Source: Felis catus (taxonomy: Eukaryota). Taken from it: a stretch of DNA of 64,000 bases. Shown piece after piece: positions 34,462 to 47,127 of the stretch. Made by a program: the position numbers and the translations under genes. Location: positions 135,966,001 to 136,030,000 of the forward strand of contig NC_058370.1 in the NCBI RefSeq assembly GCF_018350175.1, written 5' to 3'. Numbering within the stretch: position 1 is the stretch's first letter; each line of letters opens with the position of its first letter. The notes under the pieces are model-generated. The model did not search any database and had not been told where the DNA came from. It worked only from the letters and a program-made list of their open reading frames with translations.

Positions 34462-35981
34462 AAAAATGTACATGGAGTCCACAGTCTAAAAAATCAAGTG
34501 AGTAGGAATGCAAACTTATGTTTCCCTGATTTAGCTTAAATTTGATGATGTGCTTGCATTCAGCAAAGCATTGATAACTTAGTCTTATCAGAGTTGCACC
34601 TAATTTCCATCAGTTCTGGGGAGACCCGCAGAGGCAGGAGTGTGAGATCTTCGGTTTCCGGCCACCATCCTCGATATTGGCATTTGGCCGGGATATTGTT
34701 TATTTCCTTTGGATCTTCTGGGTTCTGTTGTGTCCTTTCTTGGTCCTTACCAGGGTTTCCTTAAGTGTGATCAACTCTCTTTGTTACATTCATGTTGTTT
34801 CCAAAAAAGAAAAGTATTCTTTACGTCCCAGACCTTCACCGGCTGTGGAAAACGATTCTCTTTGTGCGCTGATAGTTCAACACGTTGATTTTGCTGTTCT
34901 TCGAGGCTCTCAGGATCATCTGCCTATACTAAACACTCCAGGGGCCGTTCTGCTCTCCAGGGGGTAAGGGATTCATGATTTTTGCTCCTGCCTGGTTTTA
35001 CCAAGGGCCAGGACATGGGTCCGTTGTACCATTAGTTAGACAAACCTAACTGTCCACACTGCAAGGAAGACTTCACCTGGAGAGGGGAGAAGGAAGGAGG
35101 TAGGGTCTCTTTGCAGGGAGCTATCAGCACTTAGCTTCTTTATTGTCCCACTGAATTATTCTACACCCATGGACTCAGGATTTCTGATCAGTCTAATCTA
35201 CAAGGGGGGGGCAGAAAGTTGTGCTGACTGATCACATAATCCTCTCTGCCCAGAGTTCCACTGGAACCTGGGATTTTGAAACATGTAAGAGGAGATTCTA
35301 CCAAAAATGTTCAATCGACATTATATCCAAGGGGGAAACTTTGGACATTTCTTTTAATTTAGAAACAAATCAAGAGGGCTTGCTGCTGTTCAACAAAGTA
35401 TGGGAAACTCTAGCCAAATAATAAGGTGAGAAAAATAGATGTGAATAAAAACAATCGACAATGAAGACAACAACAGACTCTTATTTGCATATGACACAAT
35501 ATTTTGTACAGAAAACTCAAGACATTAAATACAGGTATTATTAGAACCAGTAAGTATGTTTAGCAATTCTCCTTGATGGAGGATAAGCATACAAAATTCA
35601 CGGCATTCTTCGTTATTGTTAATACTAGACCAGAAAATACAATAATAAACCTTAGCTCAGGTGCAATAGGACAAACTATGTAAAATCTCTAAGGATTGAC
35701 AAATGGTGCACAAGGTTTTAATAGAATATTTAAAAAATTCTGTCATAAACAACTAGAACAATACTATTTTCAAAAATAGGATTAGAGGAAATTGTAAAAA
35801 TATGAATTATTCCCAAATTAATATCTAAACTTAATGCAAGTTCTCTCAAAACTCTCGATGGGATAGAGAGGAATCTGGTAAGTTGATGCTAAAAAGTAAA
35901 TGGAAGAAAAAGTAGCCTGAAAAATAAAATCAGAGATAAGGAAATCACCCCACTAATTATTAAGAAATACTACAAAATCTT

Positions 35982-36206
35982 GGGGCGCCCGGGTGGCTCA
36001 GTCGATGAAGTGTCTGACTTTGGCTTAGGTTATGATCTCGTGGTTCATGAGTTTGAGCCCTGCATCGGGCTCTGTACTCACAGCTCAGAGTCTGGAGCCG
36101 GCTTCAGATTCTGTGTCTCCTTCTCTCTCTGCCCTTTCCCTGCTTGTGCTCTGTCTCTCTCTCTCTCTCAAAAATAAACAAACATTAAAAAGTATTTAAG
36201 AAAGAA
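35982..36206 (+). mobile_element. CanSINE
   Basis: 20-bp TSD AAGAAATACTAC(A/G)AA(A/G)TCTT at 35962 and 36207. Confidence 0.93.
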
Positions 36207-36494
36207 AAGAAATACTACGAAGTCTTAGTTCAACACAAATAAATAATCAATAGTATGAATTTGTATAAGAACCAACTAAGAGAACAAACCAACCAAAACA
36301 TGAAATATGATCTGTTTGTCATTGCAAATAACTAGCAAAAAGATTATTTAGCAAGATGGTGTTTAAAAAACTGGCTCACCATATGTTGATAAAAAAATAA
36401 CACTGAATACCTTCTTTACATCTTTCATTAAACTTCAACTAGGTTAAATACTTGAGAAGTAAAATTATAAAACAAAAGAAAATCAAGTAGACCA

Positions 36495-36710
36495 CTTTTA
36501 AATGTTTATTATTTATTTCTGAGAGAGAGCAAGAGAGAGAGAGAGAGCAGGGGAGGGGCAGAGAGAGAGAGAGAGAGACAAAATATGAAGCAGGCTTTGG
36601 ACTCTGAGCTATCAGCTCAGAGTCTGACGCAGGGCTTGAACCCACAAACCCTGAGATCATGACCCGAGCCAAAGTTGGATGCTTAACGAACTGAGCCACC
36701 CACGTGCCCC
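36495..36710 (-). mobile_element. CanSINE
   Basis: Full body; TSD core AGTAGAC. Confidence 0.92.
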
Positions 36711-37272
36711 TTGAGTAGACTATCATTTCTTAAACTTGACTTGAAATATATGGACCTTTCAGTAGGAAGGATGTATGTGTATGACTGCATTAAAAATCAT
36801 GAGTTTTTGCTCAACAAAAGATAAGACCAAGTTAACTGATCAGAAAGGAATATATTTCTACTGCCAAACCAACAAGGAACTATACCTAGAGTAACAAGGG
36901 ATTCCGTCAAATGGACAACCAGAAGCCCGAAACCCAATGAAAACGTGAGGAAAATATATGAATGAATAATTCAGTGAGGGGGAAGCAAACAGCTGAAATG
37001 AGGACGAAACTAAAAGGAGAGCAGAGTCTTGCAAGACCCATGATAGTGTCGTCCGCGCTGAGTTGCAAAAATATTTTAAGTGTGTACTTGACGTGTTAAG
37101 GGTTTAAAAGGCAGAAAGGAAACACAAACTTCAGACGGATTTTTCTGTTGCGTGGAGAACGTGTTCATCACACCTGGTAGGTTCCTGCAAGTGTTTTCTA
37201 TTGCCATGTCTATAAGGAGGAGCCTACGTGGGAAGCAAAATGGTAAGTTTTGTTTGCGCGTCTTTTGTCATC

Positions 37273-37603
37273 TGTCTTCGTCTGTTTGAGCTGCTATGAC
37301 AAAATGCTACAGACTGGGTGGCTTGCAGACAGCAGATATTTATTTCTTACACTTCTAGAGGCTGGAAACCCAAGATCAGAGTTCCACCTTGGTTGGGTGA
37401 GGGGACTCTACTGGACTGCAGACATCTCCTGGTATCCTCACATGTGGAAGGAGCAAGGGAGAATTCGGGCGTCTTTTAGAAGGGTGTAGATCCCACTCAT
37501 GACCTAATCACCTCCCAAAGGTCCCCCCTCCTAATATTATCACACTGGGTTTAGGATTTCAACATACAAAATTTGGGAGCTCATAAACATTCAGACCATG
37601 ACA
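37273..37603 (-). mobile_element. Complete MLT1A-type MaLR solo LTR
   Basis: TGTCTT…GCTGCTATGACAAAATGCTACAGACTGGGTGGCTT…ATGACCTAATCACCTCCCAAAGG…CATTCAGACCATGACA; TSD TCATC/TTATC. Confidence 0.88.
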
Positions 37604-37639
37604 TTATCTATTTCAGTTTCATGCCTCCAACGTTAATAG

Positions 37640-38200
37640 AAAATTGAACTCTAACCAGAAATCTAGTTTAATAGCTTCAGCAGTAGGCAAATTGATTGTT
37701 CCAAGTAACTCCAAGTTCACAGTTAAGATAAACTCCAGTGGTTGGCTCAACACAGGGGCTCTGGTTCCATATCTCTGCTAATCTCTTCACTTGCCCTTCA
37801 GAGTAAGGAGGTTTCATTCTCCCATAGTGGACACAGCAGTTCTGGGTATTGGGCCATTAACAGAAGGTCCATTTGAAGAGACATCGGTGACCTCTTCCAT
37901 TGGCTCATTTCCTCTTCTTGGATTTGCCACGATTGGCTTATGTGCTCATTACCAAACCAATCCTGATGGCCTGAAAAATGCCATCCATGCACAGCTTAGC
38001 CTGGTTGCTGAGTCACTCACTGGCAAGGAAGGATGAGATTACCAGAATCACCTTTACTCAATTATAGCTCTCTGCCGGAGCTGGAGTCATTCCTTAGATC
38101 ACATGCTGCAGCACCTTGGGGAGGAGAAGCCCACAAAGTTTGTCACAAAGAGCCAGTGAGAAAACCAGGCTCTCCAACAGCCAAATGTGGAATGCAGAAG
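37640..38200 (-). mobile_element. Old MLT1 (K-like) LTR
   Basis: GATTGGCTTATGTGCTCATTACCAAACCAATC…GGCAAGGAAGGATGAGATTACC…GGAGCTGGAG. Confidence 0.55.
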
Positions 38201-38380
38201 GAACCTACGACTGGAGCTCCATATCTGGGAGTCTTTAGCACAAATTTGGTGGGCAGCATGAGGCAGATCTAGGAGCACAGAAACTCATGAAAGATCACAG
38301 TTCATGGGTGGGGTAGGAAGAGGGAGATGGGTGGGAATTTAAGTAACCATTATTTGCAGGAGAGAATGCCAAGAGTAAAA

Positions 38381-38560
38381 CATTGGTTCTCAGATCATGT
38401 CTTAAAGACTTGCATTAGAATCACCAGGTGTTACTTGTAAAAATCTAGATTCTTGGATCCCAAGTCAGAACTTTGCTGCATCAAACCCACAGGAAGTGGA
38501 GCTCAACCAGCTCTTTTTTTTTTTAACAGAACCCCTCAGTGAACCTGAGGCAGGATGAGC
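38381..38560. mobile_element. MER5A-like hAT-Charlie MITE
   Basis: CATTGGTTCTCA…GCATTAGAATCACC…TTGTAAAAATCTAGATTCTTGG…TTTTAACAG. Confidence 0.65.
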
Positions 38561-39434
38561 AAGAAGGTATACCCTCTAGGAGAATCCTCGGAAGACACAT
38601 CCCTCCGTTCCTAATACCCTGTGAGTCCAGGAACGGAAGACTATGTTTTTCTGAGTCCATTTTTCTCACTGGTTTATGAATGTAGCTGTAGTTCAAGTCT
38701 CTTTAGACCCCAACTTTGTTTAAAATGGGCAAATGGATTTCTTATTCCAGGAAAAGTACACATAAAAAGGGTCATATGGCTTCTTTGACATCAAATAGTT
38801 TTTTAACATAACAAACTGTTTTGATAAATTGAGTGCCTCCAAATCAAAGCCATCTGGGCGGTTCTTGGGCTGAGAGGGCAGGAGGAGCACGGGTAATTGG
38901 CCAAGAGTTCAAACACTAGAGTAATTCTAGGAGGTAGACGGCCAGATCTGAAGGGCCTCACTGGTGAATCTCTTTCCCCCGTCTGCAGATGCCATTACTG
39001 ACTTTATTACTGTTAAATACTTGAGTCGCTCGTTAGCCAGAAGACTAAAGCATAATGAAATTAAAATGAAAATTCTGATGTTACTTAGACAAGAGAATTA
39101 TGTTCATTTATAGTGAAATATCTAATAGGTCATACATAACAAATGCATGAGTCTAAAGTTTCAGAGAAAAAGAAAAGAGCCTTCTCCTTCTGGAAAGAGC
39201 CAGGGTGTGCTGGGCTGTGGCATAAGTGTGGTCAACAGTGGGTGAGTACTGGGTGAGAAGGTCCCAGTGACCACAGCAGTTCAGGCTTTCTGCATCAACA
39301 CAGGGGTTGCCTTGTCTGTAACTAAAAATTTCAACTAGCTGCAGAATTTTTAATTTTTAATTTAAAAGATTCTCACATTTGTCTTCACTATATTCTGTAA
39401 ATTAACTCTATCTGTGTGATACAGATGCTGGTGT

Positions 39435-39795
39435 GCCTATTACTAACTACTATGGAACCTGGGGAACATTACCTAACACTACTTTAATGTTTTATTTGAC
39501 AGAGATAGAGAGACAGAGAGACAGAGAGACAGAGACAGAATCTTAAGCAGGCTCCATGCCCAGCATGGATCCAGCATGACCCTGGGGTCATGACCTGAGC
39601 CAAAATCAAGAGTTGGACACTCAACCAACTGAGTCACCCAGGCACCCCCTAACGCTTTACTTTAAATTTCTCATCTAAAACATGAGAACAGTAATAAGTT
39701 CCTCATAGGACTGATTTGAGAATTAAACAAATTATTACATGTAAATCACTTGGGACAGAGTTTTGGGCCTACAAAGCCATCTACAGATGCTAGAT
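39435..39795 (+). mobile_element. MIR split by SINE
   Basis: TTTCTCATCTAAAACATGAGAACAGTAATA…CCTCATAGG…GAGAATTAAA…ATGTAAATCACTT. Confidence 0.7.
39483..39648 (-). mobile_element. CanSINE, internally deleted
   Basis: AAGCAGGCTCCATG…TGAGTCACCCAGGCACCCC; TSD CTAAC(A/G)CT. Confidence 0.85.
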
Positions 39796-39909
39796 CGGTT
39801 TTCTAGTAAAATAATGAATGATATATATGACAGCAAAACATCTTCTATACTAGGAATGATTTATGAGGATTTTTTGGTTATTTTTAGAAGAAATATTATT
39901 TTTAAATCT

Positions 39910-41386
39910 AGATCGATATCACTGGGAGTGACTCCCATGATTAGGTTTGCCTCCAAATCCAAGTAATTAGAAATTAGATTTTTTTTTGTATTTTGTTTAT
40001 GGCAATTACATCTATCAATGTATACCATATTAAAAACTAAAAGTGATTTAAAAACTATCTATGAATTTATTTAAAAATATCAATGATAAATCTCTTACAT
40101 GCTAACGTAAAACAACATTTTTTGAGGAAGAATAACATTTTCACGACACAAAAGTAGCAAGAAGTGATTTTTTTAATGTTTATTTTATTTTTGAGAGAGA
40201 GCGAGAGAGCAGGGGAGGGGTAGAGAGAGAGGGAGACAGAGGATACAAAGTGGATTTCGTGCTGATAGCAGAGAGCCCAATGCAGGGCTCGAACTCACAA
40301 ACTGCGTGATCATGAGCTGAGCCAAAGTCAGAAGCTTAACCTACTGAGCCACCCAGGTGTCAAAGAGTGTGATATTTTTAATGAATTGTATACATATATT
40401 AAATGTCTCTTTTCATAGAATAGGATTCTCATATTTGGACACGGATATGTAGTTGATAAGAGAAGAGTATTTTAATATTCTTTTCAAGTAAATGTGGCAT
40501 GTTTTACTTTGTACAAACACCCACACCAATGTAGATTACAATTCCCTGGTCTATCCTGCACTTTGTGTCTTTTCTCCATGTGTGATTCTGTAACATTATG
40601 CAGTGGTCACTTTATAAATTACAGGCTCACTTGAGTTATACAGCTCTTGCAAATGTTAACACAGTTTAGTTTACATGATCAAAAAAATTACCATTTTCAC
40701 CGCCCATGTCATTAGAAAAGTCTCTGATTGCGAAGTTGTCAGGATTACAGTGGCAGATTTGAGTTTTCCAAAATTAGAATTTTCTCTTTAGAGCTTGAAC
40801 TTTATAATTGGCAAAAGAAATTGCCAATTTATTTCCTTGAATTGACAGGCTGATGCTGCACATTTTTAGGACTATGTCTGCCTCTCAAGTCTGCGTGATC
40901 AGCTTGCTGCCAGAGGTGCTTTCCAGTAAATATGGCGTTTCACGAGAAAACTGGCTAGTTCAGCTAGCAACTCAAAAAGACACACAAATGATTTCCTTGA
41001 GACAACTTTGGTACCTCCGTATGCAGCAGAAATACTTTAGGGGTGCTTCCCATGCCATCGAAAAGAAGAGTTAGAAGACATGAAATCCAAGATAACATTT
41101 AATAAAAAATTAACAATTTTACTGATGAAGGGCATTCTTAAAAAAAAAAAAAAAGCACCACTATTTTCCCCTGCTAGTATTTTTCCATGACCACAGATAC
41201 AGTGCGACGCGGGCTGAAGTGACATGCTTTTGCCACTATTGTTTTGAAATCACCAGTGCAAATGTGAACACTGTGAAAAAGGCATCTAACACATGAACGT
41301 ATTATGAAAATGGTTGTGGCTGCCTGGTCTTCCGAAAGCATCTCAGTGATGCCAGGGGTCTGCAGACCTGACCTTAGAAACCAGTG
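39910..41386 (-). mobile_element. Charlie1(a)-like hAT DNA transposon relic with transposase fragments
   Basis: Minus strand of 40991-41040 reads KVFLLHTEVPKLSQG (hAT motif LLHTEVRWLSRG); CAGTGCAAATGTGAACACTGTGAAAAAGGC; terminus …CAGGGGTCTGCAGACC…AGAAACCAGTG. Confidence 0.85.
40168..40361 (-). mobile_element. CanSINE within Charlie1
   Basis: GGGCTCGAACTCACAAAC…CTGAGCCACCCAGGTGTC. Confidence 0.9.
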
Positions 41387-41404
41387 TCTCTGCTCTCTTG
41401 ACCT

Positions 41405-41548
41405 CCTGTGAGCTGTGGGCTGCCAGCACCCTGGGCGCAGAACTCATGTTGAGTATGTCTGAATTTGAGAACCTAGCACAGAGCCTCACTCCTCAGAGTG
41501 TGTGAGTAAATGAAGAAATGAAGGAGTAAACAAATGAATGAGTGAACT
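41405..41548 (+). mobile_element. L2 3' end
   Basis: CCTAGCACAGAGCCT… followed by (TGAA)n terminus. Confidence 0.6.
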
Positions 41549-41731
41549 CAGCTCTTGGTGGGCAGTATTTTTGTTATTGTTGTTGTTCCTAGGACAGATA
41601 AGGATTGCTTCTATTTTAGGATGTTTTGGTAACTACTTCTCACTTCCCAGAAGTCTCCCTACTTATTATACAACCTCAGCCCAAGCATCACAGCCATTCC
41701 CTAGTTCCTCAAATTAAAATAGCCACACACA

Positions 41732-41955
41732 GGGTGCCTGGGTGGCTCAGTCAGTTGAGTGTCCGACTTCGGTTCAGGTCATGATCTCATGGTTCGGTTC
41801 ATGAGTTCCAGCCCCGTGTCAGGCTCTGTGCTGACAGCTCAGAGCCTAGAGCCTGTTTCGGATTCTTTGTGTGCATGTGTCTCTCTCTGCTCCTTTCCTG
41901 CTCGTATTCTGTCTCTCAAAAATAAATAAACATCAAAAAAAGTAAAAATAAAATA
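41732..41955 (+). mobile_element. CanSINE
   Basis: GGGTGCCTGGGTGGCTCAGTC head; TSD AAAATAGCCACACAC / AAAACAGGCACATAC. Confidence 0.93.
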
Positions 41956-44900
41956 AAACAGGCACATACTTCTCTCTTCATATCCACGATTCTGCTTCTC
42001 TACCACACACCTATCACCACTGGATGTATTTTTGTTTTAGGACTCAGCACATGACAGCCATTTCATAAATATTGTTGAATGACTCAATAAATGAACAGCA
42101 CAGATTATTCTTTCAACAGATATTTCTTGAGCATCTACACTATGTGGGATAGTGACTGATGGCCGCCTTGGCTGCTCTTTCCGCAACGGCTCTGTGGTTC
42201 TTGGAGGAGATGCTATGAGCCATCTCATTTCAGTAAGACTTTTTGCCCATGAGTAGCACTTCAGGTTCCTTGATGTTGTGAACCAGGAGCTCCAGAAGGC
42301 ACCTGAGAGTGTGTGCTTTTCTCTTGTGTTGCTACTGGAACCAGTGTTGGGCGTGGAGAGTTGGCCCTTCAGTCTTCTGTGCACTCTGATGTCAGTGCCT
42401 TGGGGTTTCTACCAGATACACTTAACTCTGACACATTGGTCTGAGGGTGCTGGCTGAACTTCTTGGTTCTCTTTTTTAATGATCTTGGGCTTTACAAGGA
42501 GTCTGAGGGCGGCCGTGATGTAGGAGATGGCTCCCTTCCACGGTCTTCAGTGTATTTTCCAAGCAAGTGTTGACTGCGCCTTCACCAAGGATGAGTTGGC
42601 ACTCACTTCTGAGGGGACAGGCGGGCCGAGATCCCTTCCGGGATAAACGTTGAACTTTAGGGCTGCTTGTTAGCTTTGTGTGGCTTTGTCCAGACCCACT
42701 ATCAATGTTTCTATCTTCTAAGAAAGTGGCCTAAGTCTGAAGATTCTCTCTCCCATGTTGGTGCTAGTTGAGCACTGGACACAGATTCACAGAGGACTGA
42801 CACAGCCATACGTGTGGTGGCTTGCCATGTGGGCATCGCAATGTCCCTGGCAACTCGGCCACACCCATGTGGCCAGCGTCATCTGCTTATTTTCAAATGA
42901 GTCCTGTGTGTGTACCTTCAAGATGAGGCTTTTTTCAGAACCCAGTCTCCCTCCCCTTTTTCTCCCCTCCGCTATTCTCCTAACGTGCTCTAGAGCAAAT
43001 CAATCTTTATTTCTTTACCATTATGGGCCCATCCATAAATCAGGCTCGCCCACTCAGGAGTTAGCGTGACAAGGCCTCCGACTGTCCGTTCCCGGCAAAT
43101 GGCGCTCCCCTCCTGTTCTGCTCATCATCGCCAGCTGTTCCTGGAGCACTGGAGCCCCTGCCTTTTCGACAAGTGTCTCATCTGTAAAGTCATTTCTCTA
43201 TTTTTCTCTTTTTCTTCTTCCTGGTTCCTGGCAGCTGCCCACAGGGCTTCCCCCACCCCTTCCCCCCACTCCCCTCGCCCCCCCCCCCCCCAGGCATTTA
43301 TCCGGAGTGCACCCAGCACATGTCCGTGGCTGGCTCTTAGGTAATAAAAACTGGCTTTCAGTAAATCATATCAGTAAGGAGATCCATAAATCTTGTTCTT
43401 GCCTTGCACACATCCATCCTCATTGTCACGTGTACCCCAGGCATGAGTCACTGGGCTTGCACACTAATTTTGGACCCAGTCACTGAGGAGCTTTAATTCA
43501 GTGGGGAAGATGTCCTGGAGGAGATTGTGCTCTACCGGGCTGGTGTCTTCTGGACTAAATGGTGAATTACCGATTCAAGGAGACGGTAGCGGACTCAGTG
43601 GGCCCCCGTGGGCCCGCCCGTCTTCCTGATGTGACGACGGACTCCTTTTGCTTCTGTGACTCAAAGGTTGTTCCATGTTCAAAGTGCATAAGGGCACGTG
43701 GAGTTTGGAAGAAAGAACTGATTGCAAAAGCTCCCTTTGTTGTTTTTGCAGTATTTAGGATTTCGCTTGTTCCCATCATGACGATACAGCCGTCATTTTG
43801 TGAACATTTCAAACAGAAAAGACACAGTTTGGGCAGATCTGCCTCAGCACCCTGGCACTGGATGTATCCCTAAGCCTCTCACAGTGACAGTTAGGAAACT
43901 GATGTATAATGTTATCTCAAGGAGGAAATGCGTAATGCTTCTGAAGCTTTGAACCCAGGATCTGGGATGTTTGTTGCGTGACTCCAAGTTCCCGAGTAAG
44001 TTGGGTGGATAAGTGACCTGCTGTACTCTCGTGTGGTATCCAACCTCATCAGTGAGGGGCAAGGGGAGGCACAGGTGAGGGGACAGTTTACGTAGCATCT
44101 GCCCTGTAACCTGGCCCTTCCGTCATTCACACGTAGCACAGATGGGGCTATAGTGACAGTAGAGATTGGAAGCAGCTGAACTTGAACCACTGTGATGACA
44201 TTGGAACCAAAATATGTTTTCTTGTCTGCAGAAACATCTCAGACAGTTGGCAGCTGGCTGCATCCTTACACCCCGTAAAAACTTCACGGACCTGGAATTG
44301 GCGGCCCCCGCTCAGGTCAGGTGGAGGAGTGAGAGGCAGGCAGTGGACACGGAGATTGTTTTCTAATTAGAAACTCAGTCTGACCTTTTCCCCATGCGCC
44401 CCTCCTCCTCGCACGCTAGCCGCTGGCAAGGGTCTTCCCATATATAGTAGAGTTGCAGCCAAAGGTCCTCCCTCTTTTGAAAATCTGCTTCCCATATGGC
44501 AGACGAAACCTAAAAGGGTTGCCTTTACATTCTTTGTCTTTCAAGAACGCAGACATGAAAAAGTAACAGAACGTTTTAGGATAACAGTATAAAAAGTGGA
44601 GGTCATGATCTATTGCCGTATTTATTTGTGTTTCCCTCCATCTTATGCTCTGGTCCACTTCTCTCCTCTGCTAGGGGCCAGGTGGCAGGGATCCAAGACA
44701 GAGGAAGGTCCTCTGGCCTACTCTGGACTAATTTGAGCAGTGATCAGCTTCTATTGCAATCCAACATTGAGATTTGGGTTTATTTGTTACCGCAGCATAG
44801 ACTAAACAATCCTGACTAATGCACCATTGTAAAGAGGAATCTTTATGCTCTGTGAAATATAGTTGCAGCCCCATACGAGGAGGGGAGATATCGAATAAAA

Positions 44901-45173
44901 ATATCGTTTATTTAGAGTTCAAGACACCTAGAAATATAGGCTATTAAATTGTCACTGCCCATCTGTGTTTTTTGTGTGGAAACCAGACGATTCTCAAGTA
45001 CCAGATGAAGTCATAAAACCGTAAGGTATTCTGCCCTTCACTAGTCACTCCTGTGTTCATTCCTTACATTTCCCTGGGTTCTCTCAAGGGCCACGTCATG
45101 TACAGGATGGCCCATCTCCTCCAAAATGTTATTTTTTTTTCTTGCTAGAGTGATTGCTCTCAACTTCTCATTT

Positions 45174-45397
45174 TTTTAAAAAAAATTTTTTTCAATGTTT
45201 TTATTTATTTTTGGGACAGAGAGAGACAGAGCATGAACGGGGGAGGGGCAGAGAGAGAGGGAGACACAGAATCGGAAACAGGCTCCAGGCTCCGAGCCAT
45301 CAGCCCAGAGCCCGACTCGGGGCTCGAACTCCCGGACTGCTAGATCGTGACCTGGCTGAAGTCAGACGCTTAACCGACTGCACCACCCAGGCGCCCC
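45174..45397 (-). mobile_element. Young felid CanSINE
   Basis: Diagnostic GACCTGGCTGAAG and TTTGGGACAG; TSD TCAACTTCTCATTT at 45160 and 45398. Confidence 0.95.
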
Positions 45398-45499
45398 TCA
45401 ACTTCTCATTTCTATGCCAAGAAAGAAAACTTTACATTGAGGGGCACAATTTGCATTCACATTATTCTGTTATTGCTCTGGATACATATCATACTTAAA

Positions 45500-45911
45500 C
45501 CGTGTGTGTTTGCGTGCCGTAACAAGGAACCACAGTCTGGGGGATTCCACGATGCAAGCTTACTTCCTCACGGCACTGGCAGCTGGGCTGTCCAAGATCG
45601 GGGCGTGAGTAGAGTTAGCTTCTCTGGAATCTCTGTCCTTGGCTCGCAGATGACCGCCTTCCCACTGTGTCCTCACGTGGTGTCCCCTCCATATACACTG
45701 GCCCCAGGTATCCCTGCGTGTTTTCTTCTCTTCTTCTGACAAGGACCCCAGTCATATTGGTGTAGAGCCCACCCTAAAGTCCTCATTTTAACGTAATGTT
45801 CTCCTGAAAGAATCTATCTGAAAATACAGTCACATCCTGTGATACTGGGAGGGGGGATCTTGGGCCTCAGCATAAGAATTTGGGGGGGGGGAGCACAGTT
45901 CTGTCCAACAC
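45500..45911 (-). mobile_element. MLT1B-like MaLR solo LTR
   Basis: GCCGTAACAAGGAACCACAG…GTCCAAGATC…AAGGACCCCAGTCATATTGG…AAATACAGTCACAT…CACAGTTCTGTCCAACACA. Confidence 0.8.
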
Positions 45912-45912
45912 A

Positions 45913-46390
45913 GTGGGGTACATGGGCTAAAAAGTAGCCATGGTTCTTCAAACCCTTGGCAATATGCACGCCGATTTCCGATCATGCCACCAAGAGGTGG
46001 CTTCTCTCCCTTCCTCCTTGAATCCGGGCTGGCCTTGTGACTTGCTCTGGCCAGAGGACGCAACAGAGGTGACAGTACATCAGCTTGTGGCCTTGGGAGC
46101 CTTGCCTACTTCTGCTTCCTGTCTTGAAAAGCTACCCCTGGCATGAAGCCAAGCCCAGACTTGCCCGCTGGTGGATGGGTGACGACACGGAATGGACACT
46201 GAGGGCTCTGACCGGGCCAGGACCCTGGCCAGCCAGCCCAGCCCTCTCCGAGACACTGCAGACCCCTGGGGGGCCCCAGTGGAGGGCACAATGACTCATC
46301 TTACCTCAGACCTATGAGCTAAGTAAATGCATATTGCCTTAAGCCTCTGGGCTTTGTGGTTATGTCACTGAGGCCATAGGTACCGGATAT
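45913..46390 (+). mobile_element. MLT1G/H-like MaLR solo LTR
   Basis: CAAGAGGTGG…CCTTGAATCCGGGCTGGCCTTGTGACTTGCTCTGGCCA…TTGCCTTAAGCCTCTGGGCTTTG. Confidence 0.75.
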
Positions 46391-46958
46391 AATGATCAAA
46401 ATTATAAAGCCCCAGTTATCCAAAGGGATTTCCCATTCAGAGCATCTTTCCCTATGTGATTTGGTTTTCGGAACATTTCCATCCAGTAGGTATTTATTCC
46501 TGCACCTTTTGTTCACAAGGAGTGTCTGGGCTTGAGAGTTTAAGTGATTTCAGAGCAGTGGTGAGTCGGTAAGCAACGGAGCCTGTGGTCCGGCCTCTAT
46601 GCTCTGCCCCAGGCAGGCCTGTGTTACACAAGCTCTTCAGGGATGTCCTGTGCCACTGTGTCCCCCACAGCATGCTGGCCCCGCAGGGCTTCCAGCAGAC
46701 ACAGTGCTAGCAGCCTTCACGAAAACACCCAGAAATCTGCCCCGAATGGCCAAGAAAATAGCCTTGACTTTCAGAAGTTGTCCGTTTCTTTTTCCCATTT
46801 TCGCAGTTGATGGATACAAGTGACCCAGAGGGTAATCGCAATCTTTGGGGCTCAGGCTGTCCGTGACTTGCTGCGTTCTAGGAAACGAAGTCAGAAAAGA
46901 ACGTGCTACATTTTACTGGCCAGAGCGTGCTTTTCCGAACGTGAAACAAGATGTTCTT

Positions 46959-47110
46959 CTATTTTTGCGAGAGAAGGAATCCCAAGCAGCCTCCATGCTG
47001 CTGTCAGCACAGAGCCCCACATGGGGTTGGAACTCATGAACTGTGAGATGATGACTTGAGCCGAAATCAAGAGTCAAATGGCTCAGATGACCGAGCCACC
47101 CAGGCGCCCC
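46959..47110 (-). mobile_element. CanSINE (older, short tail)
   Basis: GAATCCCAAGCAG…GAGCCACCCAGGCGCCCC. Confidence 0.9.
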
Positions 47111-47127
47111 AGAACCAGGACATTCTT

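Larger units (their letters stand above)
35300..37000 (+). mobile_element. Ancient L1 ORF2 relic (reverse transcriptase region onward), split by two SINEs
   Basis: IISKGETL…LLFNKVWETLA aligns to L1 IILNGEKL…LLFNIVLEVLA; TTATTTGCATATGAC is a decayed LFADD motif; many stops. Confidence 0.8.
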
